A stretch of DNA of 64,000 nucleotides from an uncultured Nitrospiraceae bacterium (GTDB lineage Bacteria > Nitrospirota > Thermodesulfovibrionia > Thermodesulfovibrionales > SM23-35), in the NCBI GenBank assembly GCA_963727775.1, contig CAVSHB010000001.1, positions 1,440,001 through 1,504,000 on the forward strand, in the 5' to 3' direction. Position 1 is the stretch's first letter. The number at the start of each line of letters is the position of its first letter. The notes beneath the pieces were generated by a model. It saw only the letters and a program-made list of their open reading frames with translations, searched no databases and was not told the DNA's origin. A program made the position numbers and the translations under genes. Below are positions 39,413 through 49,423 of the stretch, one piece after another.

Positions 39413-39460
39413 TAACTCCCCCAACCCCCTCTTAATCTAAGAGGGGGCAAGGGGGAGTTA
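39413..39460. repeat. Complete free-standing 48-bp palindromic element
   Basis: TAACTCCCCC-AA-CCCCCTCTTA-ATC-TAAGAGGGGG-CAA-GGGGGAGTTA. Confidence 0.9.
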
Positions 39461-39616
39461 CGTAAATCTGATTGTCTGCTTGTGTATTATGAGTAAATAA
39501 TTATTTTGAACAATATCTGCATTTTTCGGGTAAATTTGATTTTTGATTGAAAGTATTTTTTAATAAATAATATAAATGGATCCGTTTGAGTCGAACAATA
39601 ATGATAGGATATACCT

Positions 39617-40198
39617 ATGGATGCCTTGATTTTGGCGGGCGGGGAAAACAGAAGGATACCGGTAATAAAGGGGTTTCTTGAGATAAACGGCAGAAGGATC
39701 ATCGATGCAAATGTCGGGCTTTTTAAAGGACTGTTTGACAGGATTTTCATAAGCACAAACAATCCCGAGCTCTATTTCTATCTCGACGTTCGAATGGTCG
39801 GCGATGTAATCAAATACAGAGGACCGATGACGGGTATATTTTCAGCTTTGACCGTTCCCGGTGTATCTGATATTTTCGTGACAGCGTGTGACATGCCCTT
39901 TATAAATGATATACTTGTCAGGTATATGCTTGAGAAGTGGGAAAATACTCACGATGCCCTCATACCTGTCTTTAATAAGGAGCCGCAGCCTTTCCCTGGA
40001 ATTTATTCAAAGAAAATTGCGCATCGCGTGGAGGAAAGCATAAAGAGCGGCAAAAGGAGCTTGAAGGATTTTTTAAAAAGGATGAATGTTTTCTATATAT
40101 CTGAAGCAACGGTGAACAGAATAGACAGGGAAGGGAAGTCTTTTGTAAATATAAATGCTGCGGAAGATTTCAGAAGAGAAGGGGGCAGGATTTGTTAG
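39617..40198 (+). CDS. mobA: Molybdenum cofactor guanylyltransferase
   Basis: ILAGG..RR, GPMTGI, TACDMPF, SFVNIN. Confidence 0.9.
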   Translation: MDALILAGGENRRIPVIKGFLEINGRRIIDANVGLFKGLFDRIFISTNNPELYFYLDVRMVGDVIKYRGPMTGIFSALTVPGVSDIFVTACDMPFINDILVRYMLEKWENTHDALIPVFNKEPQPFPGIYSKKIAHRVEESIKSGKRSLKDFLKRMNVFYISEATVNRIDREGKSFVNINAAEDFRREGGRIC

Positions 40199-40231
40199 GT
40201 GTGAATACCCAATGCAAAGCAGGAGGAAAAG

Positions 40232-41371
40232 GTGATCAGGGGCCATGTCGCAGAGATCAGTCTTTCGGCTATAGCGAAAAACCTTCAATCCGTTAAAAGG
40301 ATCGCGAAGACCGCTGAGATAATAGGCGTTGTTAAGGCTGACGCTTACGGCCACGGCGCAGTGGAAGTTTCAAAAAAACTCCGAAAGGAAGGAGTTTCCT
40401 GCCTGGCAGTCGCATATACTTCAGAAGCCGTGGAACTCAGGGATGCGGGGATCAGCGGACCCATTATTGTCCTGTTTGACAAAGGGTACGAAAAGGATTT
40501 CTTTGATCACAGGCTTATCCCGGTTGTCCATAATTTAGATACCGCTCTATCTTTGTCACGTGAGGCCCGGAAAAGGGACACGTCAATAAAGGTCCATGCG
40601 AAGGTCGATACAGGCATGGGGAGACTGGGGTTTCATGGCGAGCATATAATCGAGGAGCTGATGAAGCTGTCCGAGATGCCCGGCATAGAACTGACAGGAC
40701 TTTTAAGCCATTTTTCAGAAGCAGACCTTTATGACAGGTCATATGCGATCTCGCAGATCGAGAAATTTAACACTATCAACGAGACAGTCTCAAAGAAGAT
40801 AAAAAGAAAATTATTTTTGCACATGGCGAACAGCGCAGCAGTCCTAACTTTTAAAGAAGCCCATCTCGACGCGGTAAGACCCGGAATTATGCTATATGGA
40901 TATTCTCCTTGCTCTTTAAACACCGGGTATTTGGCGACAGAGCGAAAAAAAACTGAGCTTCCAACGTTAGTACCCGTCATGACAATCAAAACAAAGATTC
41001 TCACTATTAGAGATGTTCCCTCGGGAACCCCTATAAGCTACGGCAGGACATTTATCACAAAAAGACCGAGCCGGATAGGCGTATTGCCTTTAGGTTACGC
41101 TGATGGATACAACAGATTATTTTCTAATAATGCCGCGATATTGGTTCATGGAAAGCGGGCGCCTGTTGTCGGCAAGGTCTGTATGGACCTGACGATGGTC
41201 GACCTGACAGAAGTTAAAGGAGCAACAGAAAATGATGAAGTTGTCATTCTCGGGAAACAAGGGAAAGAGACGATAACAGCGGATGATCTGGCAGATAAAG
41301 CTAACACTATCTCATATGAGATTCTAACGTCCCTTGGCGCAAGGTCAAGGAAAAGTTATGTTGAAACTTAA
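40232..41371 (+). CDS. alr: Alanine racemase
   Basis: VVKADAYGHG, DTGMGRLG, ANSA, GYADG, VCMD. Confidence 0.97.
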   Translation: MIRGHVAEISLSAIAKNLQSVKRIAKTAEIIGVVKADAYGHGAVEVSKKLRKEGVSCLAVAYTSEAVELRDAGISGPIIVLFDKGYEKDFFDHRLIPVVHNLDTALSLSREARKRDTSIKVHAKVDTGMGRLGFHGEHIIEELMKLSEMPGIELTGLLSHFSEADLYDRSYAISQIEKFNTINETVSKKIKRKLFLHMANSAAVLTFKEAHLDAVRPGIMLYGYSPCSLNTGYLATERKKTELPTLVPVMTIKTKILTIRDVPSGTPISYGRTFITKRPSRIGVLPLGYADGYNRLFSNNAAILVHGKRAPVVGKVCMDLTMVDLTEVKGATENDEVVILGKQGKETITADDLADKANTISYEILTSLGARSRKSYVET

Positions 41372-42500
41372 GTTATATGAAAGCAAAAAAACAAATCTTA
41401 AGTCACTGGCAAAAGAAGAAATATTCAGATTTATAGAAGACAAAGGACTTCCCGGATACAGGGCAGAACAACTAATCCGTTGGATTTATCAAAGATATGC
41501 TGCTGCGATAGACGAAATAACCGTATTTTCTTTAGACCTGAGGAACGACCTGAATAGAGATTCTTTTATCAGTAACCTCGCTGTTGTTGAAAGGATGAGG
41601 TCTTCTGACGGTGCTGAAAAATTTCTTTTTTCTCTGGAAGACGGTAACACGATAGAAAGCGTATTGATCCCCGATGCAAATCGTCTCACACTATGCATAT
41701 CTTCACAGGTAGGATGCGCAATGGGATGTCTGTTCTGCCTGACGGGAAGAAGCGGGTTTATCAGGAATCTGAAGGCATACGAGATTGTGGACCAGATAAT
41801 AGCAGTGAACAGGATAATAAAAAATGAATACAGTAATCCCACCATCCCACCTTTTGAAAAGGTGGGTAAGGTGAAAGTTTCTGATAAAAAGATTACCAAT
41901 ATCGTATTCATGGGCATGGGAGAGCCCCTCGCGAATTTTGACGAAGTCGTTGACGCGTTATGGAGGATCGTGCAGCTTCTCGGCATTTCAAGAAGAAGGA
42001 TTACCTTATCGACAGCCGGCGTAGTTCCCAAAATATTGCTCCTGCCGGAAAAGGCTCCGGATATAAACCTCGCTATTTCTCTGAATGCGACGACAGACGA
42101 AATACGTGGCGAGATCATGCCGATCACAAAAAGATACCCCATAAGTTCACTGATTAACGCATGCAAAAAATATCCCTTGCGCCCGGGCAGGAAGATCACT
42201 TTTGAATATGTGCTCATTAGAGAAAAAAACGATTTGCGGGAAGATGCATACAGACTTCTTAAACTTCTGAAGGGAATCCGCTGCAAGGTAAACCTTATCC
42301 CCCTGAACCCATATCCGGGGAGCAGCCTTGAAAGGCCGCCTGATGAAAAAGTATTGGCCTTCCAAAGGATCCTTTTGCAAAATGGGGTAAGGGCATTGAT
42401 AAGGGAGAGCAGGGGCAAGGACATCCTTGCGGCGTGCGGACAACTCAGGGCAAAAACATCGGGAGAGGCTGATTCCATGAGCCGGGCAGCACAGGCATAA
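41358..42500 (+). CDS. rlmN: Dual-specificity RNA methyltransferase (radical SAM) with a repeat-derived insertion
   Basis: CISSQVGCAMGCLFC, VFMGMGEP, AACGQL. Confidence 0.96.
   Translation: MLKLKLYESKKTNLKSLAKEEIFRFIEDKGLPGYRAEQLIRWIYQRYAAAIDEITVFSLDLRNDLNRDSFISNLAVVERMRSSDGAEKFLFSLEDGNTIESVLIPDANRLTLCISSQVGCAMGCLFCLTGRSGFIRNLKAYEIVDQIIAVNRIIKNEYSNPTIPPFEKVGKVKVSDKKITNIVFMGMGEPLANFDEVVDALWRIVQLLGISRRRITLSTAGVVPKILLLPEKAPDINLAISLNATTDEIRGEIMPITKRYPISSLINACKKYPLRPGRKITFEYVLIREKNDLREDAYRLLKLLKGIRCKVNLIPLNPYPGSSLERPPDEKVLAFQRILLQNGVRALIRESRGKDILAACGQLRAKTSGEADSMSRAAQA
41834..41879. repeat. Palindrome-family copy in frame within rlmN
   Basis: TAATCCCACCAT-CCCACCTTTT-G-AAAAGGTGGG-TAAGGTGAAAGTT; encodes NPTIPPFEKVGKVKV. 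Confidence 0.75.
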
Positions 42501-42521
42501 TACAGCAGATGGAGCAGGCGG

Positions 42522-43616
42522 TCAGCGGATTTCCAGATTACTCAGGTTCGCGACAATATTTCCCACCGGTACTTTTGTTTCTACTTTTACCGGCATCTTT
42601 TTTTCATCATCAGTAAGCCAAATCAGTATGTCCCCGGTCCTTTGAAAAAGACCTTCTGATTTTAGTTCCGGCTTTACAATGACAGTACTCACCTCTCCAA
42701 GATTTGGCACGTCTATCTTTTCTTTTCTGAGCACACTAATTTCCGCCTTAAAGAATTTGTTGCTGTCAAACACATCAATATAAACTGTCTTTCCCACTTC
42801 AAGCCGTTGATCTCTCAGATAATAAAAACCTGAAAGAAGATCCCATACGACTTCATTATTAAGGGCGTGTTCACTTCTGTTGCCCTTCAGGTAATTGTAA
42901 AAGGTTATTTTCTTATCGTTCATGTCAAATATCGTCTCTTTATCGCTTTTATATCTGCCTTCGCGCTGCCTGATCCTCAGGTTCGACGGCATTCCGTCTT
43001 TGACAAGACTTTCAATATAATCTTCCACTTTATAAAAGGCGGATACAAAAGGGGCTGAATGGACCTGAGTGGTTATTCGCATCACGCCGTTTTCATTGGA
43101 TGATTCAAGGACAGCATTACCTGCATAGATACCGAGCCAGTATATGTCAAAGCTCAGCTTTTCTTTGGTATACCTCGCTGCTTGATGGGTCTCTCTCCGG
43201 AAATTATCATCAGCAATATTAGTGTTCGGCTTTATTTCAGGTTTACTGCTTTTAATGGCAATAGCTTCTTTTAGGGGTTGTGCAATATCCGTATTAATTA
43301 AGGCGTTAGAATCAATTTCCGGTTCCTTTCTATCTTCCGTTAAGGGGACATTTTTGATATTATTTATATAAGCATCTTCTTCAATGTCCTTGCTTTCGCG
43401 AGAATCTGCAGATAAGGGTGGTCTTTTCCCAGGTGAGGAAGCGGCTTTTGTGGATATTTCTTTTTCCAGATTTACAGCCAGGATCTGATTTTGCATCGTA
43501 ACGGGAAACGACAATCCTTTATAACCGGATAACCAGGACACAAAGGTAAAGTGGAATATTATCGAAAGGGAAAAAGATATAAAAAAAGCAGAAGAATTTC
43601 TTCTAAAATTCAGCAT
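42522..43616 (-). CDS. DUF3108-like exported protein
   Basis: N-terminal TM helix and low-complexity linker; EKLSFDIYWLGI.AG, DLLSGFYYLR, IWLTDD..KMPV. Confidence 0.75.
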   Translation of the reverse strand: MLNFRRNSSAFFISFSLSIIFHFTFVSWLSGYKGLSFPVTMQNQILAVNLEKEISTKAASSPGKRPPLSADSRESKDIEEDAYINNIKNVPLTEDRKEPEIDSNALINTDIAQPLKEAIAIKSSKPEIKPNTNIADDNFRRETHQAARYTKEKLSFDIYWLGIYAGNAVLESSNENGVMRITTQVHSAPFVSAFYKVEDYIESLVKDGMPSNLRIRQREGRYKSDKETIFDMNDKKITFYNYLKGNRSEHALNNEVVWDLLSGFYYLRDQRLEVGKTVYIDVFDSNKFFKAEISVLRKEKIDVPNLGEVSTVIVKPELKSEGLFQRTGDILIWLTDDEKKMPVKVETKVPVGNIVANLSNLEIR

Positions 43617-43720
43617 ATTAATTTTATCATATATAAATTCGGCAATTTGCTCAATAGTATCTGCAAATGAAGCCTGATATTATTGCAATTATTTATATCA
43701 ACATTATCAAAGGGGAGAAA

Positions 43721-44586
43721 ATGAAAAAAAAGAATTAATTGAACTTTTGAATAGGGACCTTACAGACGAACATGCGGCTATAATCCGTTATCTTGTCCAT
43801 GGCTGGCTTGAAGGTGAAGACACACCTATAGGCGCAAGTCTGTTGTCAAGGTCAAGGGAAGAAATGTGGCATATGAATTGGCTTGGCACAATAATCGGTA
43901 AGCTGGGAGGAGAACCGGACTTCATTCCCGACCCGTATCCTTACGATCCTTCAAACAGGACGACAATATTCCAATCATATGTTGATTACGAGGAAAAACT
44001 GGTTCCTCATTATAACGGAGAAGCCGATATGGTTGATGATTTATATATCAAAAAGGTATTACAAAGAGAGGCATGGGAATCCGCAATTCATGCCAGAAAA
44101 TTCCAGCGGATACTGGACAAGCTGGGTCCTGAAGAGGCAAACAGCGCGCCGGGCGGCGATGTCAAATTGCCCGATAGATTCCTTGATGTCCTGCAGGAAG
44201 AGGTAACACATAAGTACAACGAGATGCTGCAGCACATTCGTTATTCCTGGGTTTTTCAGAAAAAAGGGAGCTTGGGATGGAAGCTTATGGACCAGGCTGC
44301 GGAAAAGATGAAACACCTTGCTCATTTTGCCGAGGACATCGGCGGTAATGGGATACGTCCGCAATTCAAGCCCGGTAGGATAGATATCAGTAAAGCCCTC
44401 GGGACGGCATTACAGAAGGCATTGGAAGATGTCAGAAAATCCCGTAAAAGGCATATGAAATTAAGCAAAGACAATGAATTTAAAAAGCCTGAAGGCCTGG
44501 TCATTGATCTTGATCTTACGATACAGCAGGAAAAGTATCAGGATGAAGAACTCGAAGGGATGCTCAGAGACAGCCGCGTCGACTAA
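43721..44586 (+). CDS. Tandem ferritin-like domain protein with a 1-nt shift in an A8 run after the ATG
   Basis: GGGGAG RBS + ATG-A8-GAA; A9 would give MKKKELIELLNRDL.DEH; EEMWH, E.IH and EKMKH motifs. Confidence 0.75.
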
Positions 44587-44635
44587 AACAGCTTAAATAC
44601 CGTATCCACCGGCATATTTTCCCAAATAATCCGGG

Positions 44636-45691
44636 CTAAAGACAGAATTTATTTCCTGTGGGTATATCCCAGATTGTATTGTCGTCATTAAATTTAAGAG
44701 AGATATTGTGACAGCCGGACGGTATGTATTGTCTGCTCAATTCGGCCTCCCATCCGATTATAAAATCCTGATAGTATTGTTCACCGAGGTTAAAGTACTT
44801 TGCAACGTCAGGTCTGTTAACGATAAAATTAGCTTTAGATGAAATGCGTCCATCAACGGCAACAGAAAGGTTGTTTGTAGGAACACTTTTAACCGCATCA
44901 AATGCCCATCCCTTTATGATGATATATTTTGCATCGTCCGGTATTCTTACCTTACGGTCTTTAAAAAACTTGAAATCTTTGCAATTTGTATCATTTATTT
45001 GATCTATCCAGAATTCCTGATTTCTATAGCTGTCGTGATATTCATGATTAATCCAGTATAAAAGGATATCTTTACTATGCGCTTTTTTTGCGCTATCGAG
45101 CCATTGCTCATACTTCGAAAAAAAATACGGTCCGATCGACCGGTAGAATGGGAAGACGCCGTAACGGAACGAGAATTGCTTTTTCAGCTCGGATAAAGGC
45201 GGGTCATTCTCGATAGCCAAAGCTAAAGCGCTTACCATACCGGATCTGTCGGACCCCCGCCGGCAGTGAATGAGGATAGGCTTTTCGGACGTTTGGATGA
45301 TATTCAGGATATTCATGAGGTCGAGATACTTAGGGAGTTCATCAGCTGTCAGTCCGATGTCATACAGTTTTGCGCCATATTTTGTTGCTATTTCATTCTC
45401 CCTCATATGCCATGCACTATCAGTGGCTTTACCTGTGAGGTTAAGAATCGACTTAATACCCTTCTCCTTCATGGTTCTTTCGAGAATGTCGCCGGAGAGC
45501 TGTCCGCTGCGGTAGACCTTGCCTTCTATAACAGTGAAGACACTTGAAGAAAAAAGCAGAGCATTATAAGCAAAATACAATACAAGCGGGACCACAGGCA
45601 AAGCAATACAATAAATGAAAATCTTCTTCCATGCAACGCATCTTCGTTCATGTATCATCGTATTAGTATAACTGAAAATGGTAAGATCCAA
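44636..45691 (-). CDS. Membrane-anchored protein-tyrosine/dual-specificity phosphatase-family protein with a C-terminal beta domain
   Basis: VYRSGQL, IKSILNL, HCRRGSDRSG (Cx5R); C-terminal GWAFD...NRPDVA. Confidence 0.85.
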   Translation of the reverse strand: MDLTIFSYTNTMIHERRCVAWKKIFIYCIALPVVPLVLYFAYNALLFSSSVFTVIEGKVYRSGQLSGDILERTMKEKGIKSILNLTGKATDSAWHMRENEIATKYGAKLYDIGLTADELPKYLDLMNILNIIQTSEKPILIHCRRGSDRSGMVSALALAIENDPPLSELKKQFSFRYGVFPFYRSIGPYFFSKYEQWLDSAKKAHSKDILLYWINHEYHDSYRNQEFWIDQINDTNCKDFKFFKDRKVRIPDDAKYIIIKGWAFDAVKSVPTNNLSVAVDGRISSKANFIVNRPDVAKYFNLGEQYYQDFIIGWEAELSRQYIPSGCHNISLKFNDDNTIWDIPTGNKFCL

Positions 45692-45757
45692 ATAGTTTTC
45701 TTCATCCGTAATGTGGTAAAATGCAAAAAATATTAAGCCGATAGAGGAGGATCTTTC

Positions 45758-46948
45758 ATGCTGTCTGAAAGGGCGCGCAAGATTAAACCTTCACCGACAC
45801 TCGCCATTGATGCAAAGGCAAAGGCGATGAAGTCGAAGGGAGTTGATATTGTTAATTTTGGTGTGGGTGAGCCGGACTTTGATACACCTGAAAATGTAAA
45901 AGAGGCCGCAATTAAAGCCATAAAAGAGGGGTTCACAAAATATACACCTGTTGGCGGCATAAACCCCTTAAAAGATGCGGTTATAGATAAATTCAGGAAG
46001 GACAACGACCTCGGATATGAACGCGAGGAAATTATTGTTTCGTCCGGAGCAAAACATAGTCTATATAATATTGCACAGGCGTTGTTCAGTCCGGGAGATG
46101 AGGTCTTAATCCTATCCCCTTACTGGGTATCATATCCCGACCAGGTTTTATTAAACGACGCTGTCCCCGTTTTTGTTAAAACATTCGAGACCGATTCATT
46201 TATGGTTAATCCTGATGCGTTAGAGTCTCATATAACAAAAAAAACAAAGGCCTTGATTTTGAATTCGCCTTCAAACCCGACCGGGCTCACCTATGACAGG
46301 AAGACTTTGGAGAGCATCGCCGGGATTGTCCTGAAGCACAATCTTTACCTGGTATCAGATGAGATATATGAAAAACTGACATACGACGGCTTTGAGCATA
46401 TAAGCATCGCGTCACTGGACAATAATGTTAAAGCAAAAACCATTGTTGTAAACGGCCTTTCAAAATCTTATGCTATGACGGGTTGGAGGATCGGTTTTGC
46501 TGCAGGACCCAAAGATATAGTGAAGGCGATGACAAATATTCAGAGTCAATCGACGTCCAATCCCACGTCCATTTCCCAGAAAGCCGCTGTCGAGGCGCTC
46601 ACAGGACCGCAGGACTTTATTAAGAAAATGCTTGAGGAGTTCGACAGAAGAAGAAGGCTTCTCATCGCAAAGCTTAACGCCATTCCCGGAATACGCTGTC
46701 TTACTCCAAAAGGCGCTTTTTATGCATTTCCAAATGTCTCAGAGTATTACGGAAAATCTATTGACGACCGGAAGATATCGTCTTCCGCTGATCTTGCCCT
46801 CTATCTTCTTGAAAAGGCCAATGTAGCACTTGTGCCGGGCAATGCCTTTGGCGATGATGCTTATATACGGCTTTCATACGCAACGTCTATAGATGAGATA
46901 CAGAAAGGAGTTGACAGGATCACAAAGGCTTTGGGTAATCTTTCCTGA
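45758..46948 (+). CDS. Aspartate aminotransferase (class I/II PLP)
   Basis: GEPDFDTP, NSPSNPTG, SDEIY, SKSYAMTGWRIG. Confidence 0.93.
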   Translation: MLSERARKIKPSPTLAIDAKAKAMKSKGVDIVNFGVGEPDFDTPENVKEAAIKAIKEGFTKYTPVGGINPLKDAVIDKFRKDNDLGYEREEIIVSSGAKHSLYNIAQALFSPGDEVLILSPYWVSYPDQVLLNDAVPVFVKTFETDSFMVNPDALESHITKKTKALILNSPSNPTGLTYDRKTLESIAGIVLKHNLYLVSDEIYEKLTYDGFEHISIASLDNNVKAKTIVVNGLSKSYAMTGWRIGFAAGPKDIVKAMTNIQSQSTSNPTSISQKAAVEALTGPQDFIKKMLEEFDRRRRLLIAKLNAIPGIRCLTPKGAFYAFPNVSEYYGKSIDDRKISSSADLALYLLEKANVALVPGNAFGDDAYIRLSYATSIDEIQKGVDRITKALGNLS

Positions 46949-46958
46949 GATAAAATAA

Positions 46959-47858
46959 ATGAACAATGAGACTATCAAAGACTTTCGCTCCGGTTATGTG
47001 TCGATCATCGGAAGGCCGAATGTCGGTAAATCAACACTTCTTAATGCTATCCTCGGTGAAAAGATCGCGATCGTTACGCCTAAACCGCAGACAACAAGGA
47101 ATAAAATTGTGGGAATCAAAAGCCTTCCCGAGGCACAGATTGTCTTTATGGACACCCCGGGGATACACAGGCCGAGACATAAGCTTGGCGAAGCAATGGT
47201 CAAGACTGCCATGGAGGCATTGAATGAGGTGGATATCATTTTGTTCATGGTTGAGCCTAAAGAACCGGATAGGGGAGACATGGCTGTCATTAATTTGGTT
47301 AATAAAATCCGTTCTCCTGTTCTGCTCATTATAAACAAGATCGATACCGTCAAAAAAGCCGATATCCTTCCTGTAATGGACCAATATAAAACATTGTCTC
47401 AGTTTAAGGAAATAATCCCGGTGTCCGCAAAGAAAGGAGACGGTATCAGCGTTCTTCTCAAAAAAATCTGTGACTATCTCCCGCAAGGGCCGCCATACTA
47501 CCCCGATGATCTTGTGACCGACCAATTGGAAAAGTTTATGGTCTCCGAGATAATAAGGGAAAAAATCATGGAACTCACCGTGGAGGAATTACCGTACTCG
47601 GCGGCAGTCGAAGTAAATAACTGGACAGAGAGGGAGGACGGCCTCGTATCTGTAAGTTGTAACATATATGTTGAAAGAGAAGGTCAAAAGGCTATAATAA
47701 TAGGTAGCAAAGGAGAAATGCTGAAATCTATAGGCAGCGCTGCAAGGGTTGATATTGAAAAGCTCCTTCAGACAAAAGTCTTTCTTGAATTATGGGTAAA
47801 GGTACGGAAAAACTGGAGAAATGACGACCAGTTGCTGAAAGAATTAGGGTATAGATAA
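46959..47858 (+). CDS. era: GTPase Era
   Basis: GRPNVGKSTL, PQTTR, DTPG, NKID, KH domain. Confidence 0.97.
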   Translation: MNNETIKDFRSGYVSIIGRPNVGKSTLLNAILGEKIAIVTPKPQTTRNKIVGIKSLPEAQIVFMDTPGIHRPRHKLGEAMVKTAMEALNEVDIILFMVEPKEPDRGDMAVINLVNKIRSPVLLIINKIDTVKKADILPVMDQYKTLSQFKEIIPVSAKKGDGISVLLKKICDYLPQGPPYYPDDLVTDQLEKFMVSEIIREKIMELTVEELPYSAAVEVNNWTEREDGLVSVSCNIYVEREGQKAIIIGSKGEMLKSIGSAARVDIEKLLQTKVFLELWVKVRKNWRNDDQLLKELGYR

Positions 47859-48311
47859 ATGCTGATCCAGATGAAAGTTGAAGGGATGCTGTTTGATCCC
47901 CGGAGCAATATGTATATACTGCTTTTGAAAGAGATCAACGGTAACGGCACGCTGCCCATATGGATCGGCAAACCGGAGGCCGATTCAATAGCATTGGCCT
48001 TGGGGAAGGTAGAAACACCGAGGCCGTTGACCCATGACCTTATTAAAAATATTGCCGACAGCCTGAAACTCAAGATAACAAAGATCATCGTTACCGATAT
48101 CCAGGAAAATACATACTATGCCCTTCTCTGCCTCAACGACGGGAAAAAGGAAACCGTCGTGGATTCGAGGCCAAGTGACGCTGTCGCTGTCGCCTTACGG
48201 GTGAGCGCCCCCATTTTTGTGGAAGAAAGCATCCTGGAACAGAAAAGCTCCGACGAACTTGAGGAGTGGCTTAAGAATCTTAAGCCGGAAGACTTCGGGA
48301 ATATTATGTAA
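47859..48311 (+). CDS. Bifunctional nuclease family protein (DUF151)
   Basis: LPIWIG..EA..I, RPLTHDL, DSRPSDAVA.AL. Confidence 0.93.
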   Translation: MLIQMKVEGMLFDPRSNMYILLLKEINGNGTLPIWIGKPEADSIALALGKVETPRPLTHDLIKNIADSLKLKITKIIVTDIQENTYYALLCLNDGKKETVVDSRPSDAVAVALRVSAPIFVEESILEQKSSDELEEWLKNLKPEDFGNIM

Positions 48312-49048
48312 TGCTGCAAAGGACTGAAGGCATTGTCCTCAGAACAATTCCTTTCGGTGAAGCAGACCTTATCGTTACGTATCTCACGTCTGATTTTGGA
48401 CTTATCAAGCTTTTTGCTAAAAGTCCGCGCAAGTTCAGGAGCCGTTTCGGAAGCAGTCTTGAGCCGCTGACACACTCAAAGATATCGTTCTGGGGCAAGG
48501 AAGACGCTCCGCTGCCGAAATTAACGCAGTCTGATATCATGCAGCCTTTCCAGGGCATCAGGGATATGTTGCACAGTTTTCTTAAGGTGTCGGAGATCAT
48601 TGAACTCACCATAAACTTTTTACCTGAAAGAGACGTAAATAGAAAGGCGTACTCCCTGCTTTTAGATACACTTCAGGTTATCGAAAAAAACCGTAATGAA
48701 AATTTTATGGCGCAACACTACAAGATAAAACTCCTTAATCTCGCAGGCTTCGCGCCTAAACTCAATGCCTGCGGGCAATGCGGTAAGAACGGAACGAAGT
48801 TCTATTTGTCCCATGGATCTGTCATTTGCGAGACATGTGCAAAGGGAATGGATTCGCCGATAAAGATTTCCCCTGCAGTTTTAAAACTCTACACAGACCT
48901 GCTTACATGGGACACCATAAAAATAAATCGGATCAAACCGTCAGACAGTCTTCTAACGGAGCTTTCAGGCATAATCAATATGCATATAAAATATATTCTG
49001 ACAAGACCTTTAAAATCCGAGATATTTATTCGATTGTCACATCAATAG
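48311..49048 (+). CDS. recO: DNA repair protein RecO
   Basis: TEGIVLR...GEADLI, SRFGSSLEP, CGQC...CETC zinc site. Confidence 0.93.
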   Translation: MLQRTEGIVLRTIPFGEADLIVTYLTSDFGLIKLFAKSPRKFRSRFGSSLEPLTHSKISFWGKEDAPLPKLTQSDIMQPFQGIRDMLHSFLKVSEIIELTINFLPERDVNRKAYSLLLDTLQVIEKNRNENFMAQHYKIKLLNLAGFAPKLNACGQCGKNGTKFYLSHGSVICETCAKGMDSPIKISPAVLKLYTDLLTWDTIKINRIKPSDSLLTELSGIINMHIKYILTRPLKSEIFIRLSHQ

Positions 49049-49218
49049 ATTTAAAGTTTGCAGATATAGTTTTTTTCAGAGTGATCCTTAAAAGCATACT
49101 TCAGCCACAAAGTCGCATTTCCCAAGTCGGTAGATGACTCTCAAATACTAAAGCAATTAGATAAGAAAGATTCACTGCGATGCAGATTCAAATAATAATA
49201 AATGAGGGTAGGCTTGGA

Positions 49219-49276
49219 CTCCTGTATAAAAGAGGCTCCTGTATAACTTGACAGTTCCCCTATTTTCTGATATGAG
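49219..49276 (+). promoter_or_regulatory. Putative promoter with tandem operator sites
   Basis: CTCCTGTATAA at 49219 and 49236, directly before TTGACA at 49248. Confidence 0.4.
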
Positions 49277-49423
49277 AATAACAAGAAGGAACTGAGACAA
49301 CAGAAATCTAAGAATAGATTCATTCGAAAGCTTCATTTGGCATGAAGCCTGTTTGACTGTAATTGTTCGTTAAGGCTGCTCTACAGAGCCAAGAATAATC
49401 ACTACCATACGGAGGGCTATATT

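Noticed and set aside
40905..40970. Short insertion in alanine racemase (CSLNTGYLATERKKTEL)
   Set aside because: No palindrome is visible in the DNA and this loop is naturally variable, so it cannot be tied to the repeat family.
41489..42478. 329-aa antisense ORF
   Set aside because: Shadow of rlmN with no recognisable motifs; the same applies to most short overlapping ORFs in the track.
43676..43700. Fur/PerR-like box upstream of the ferritin-like gene
   Set aside because: AT-rich context and imperfect symmetry; not distinguishable from background by eye.
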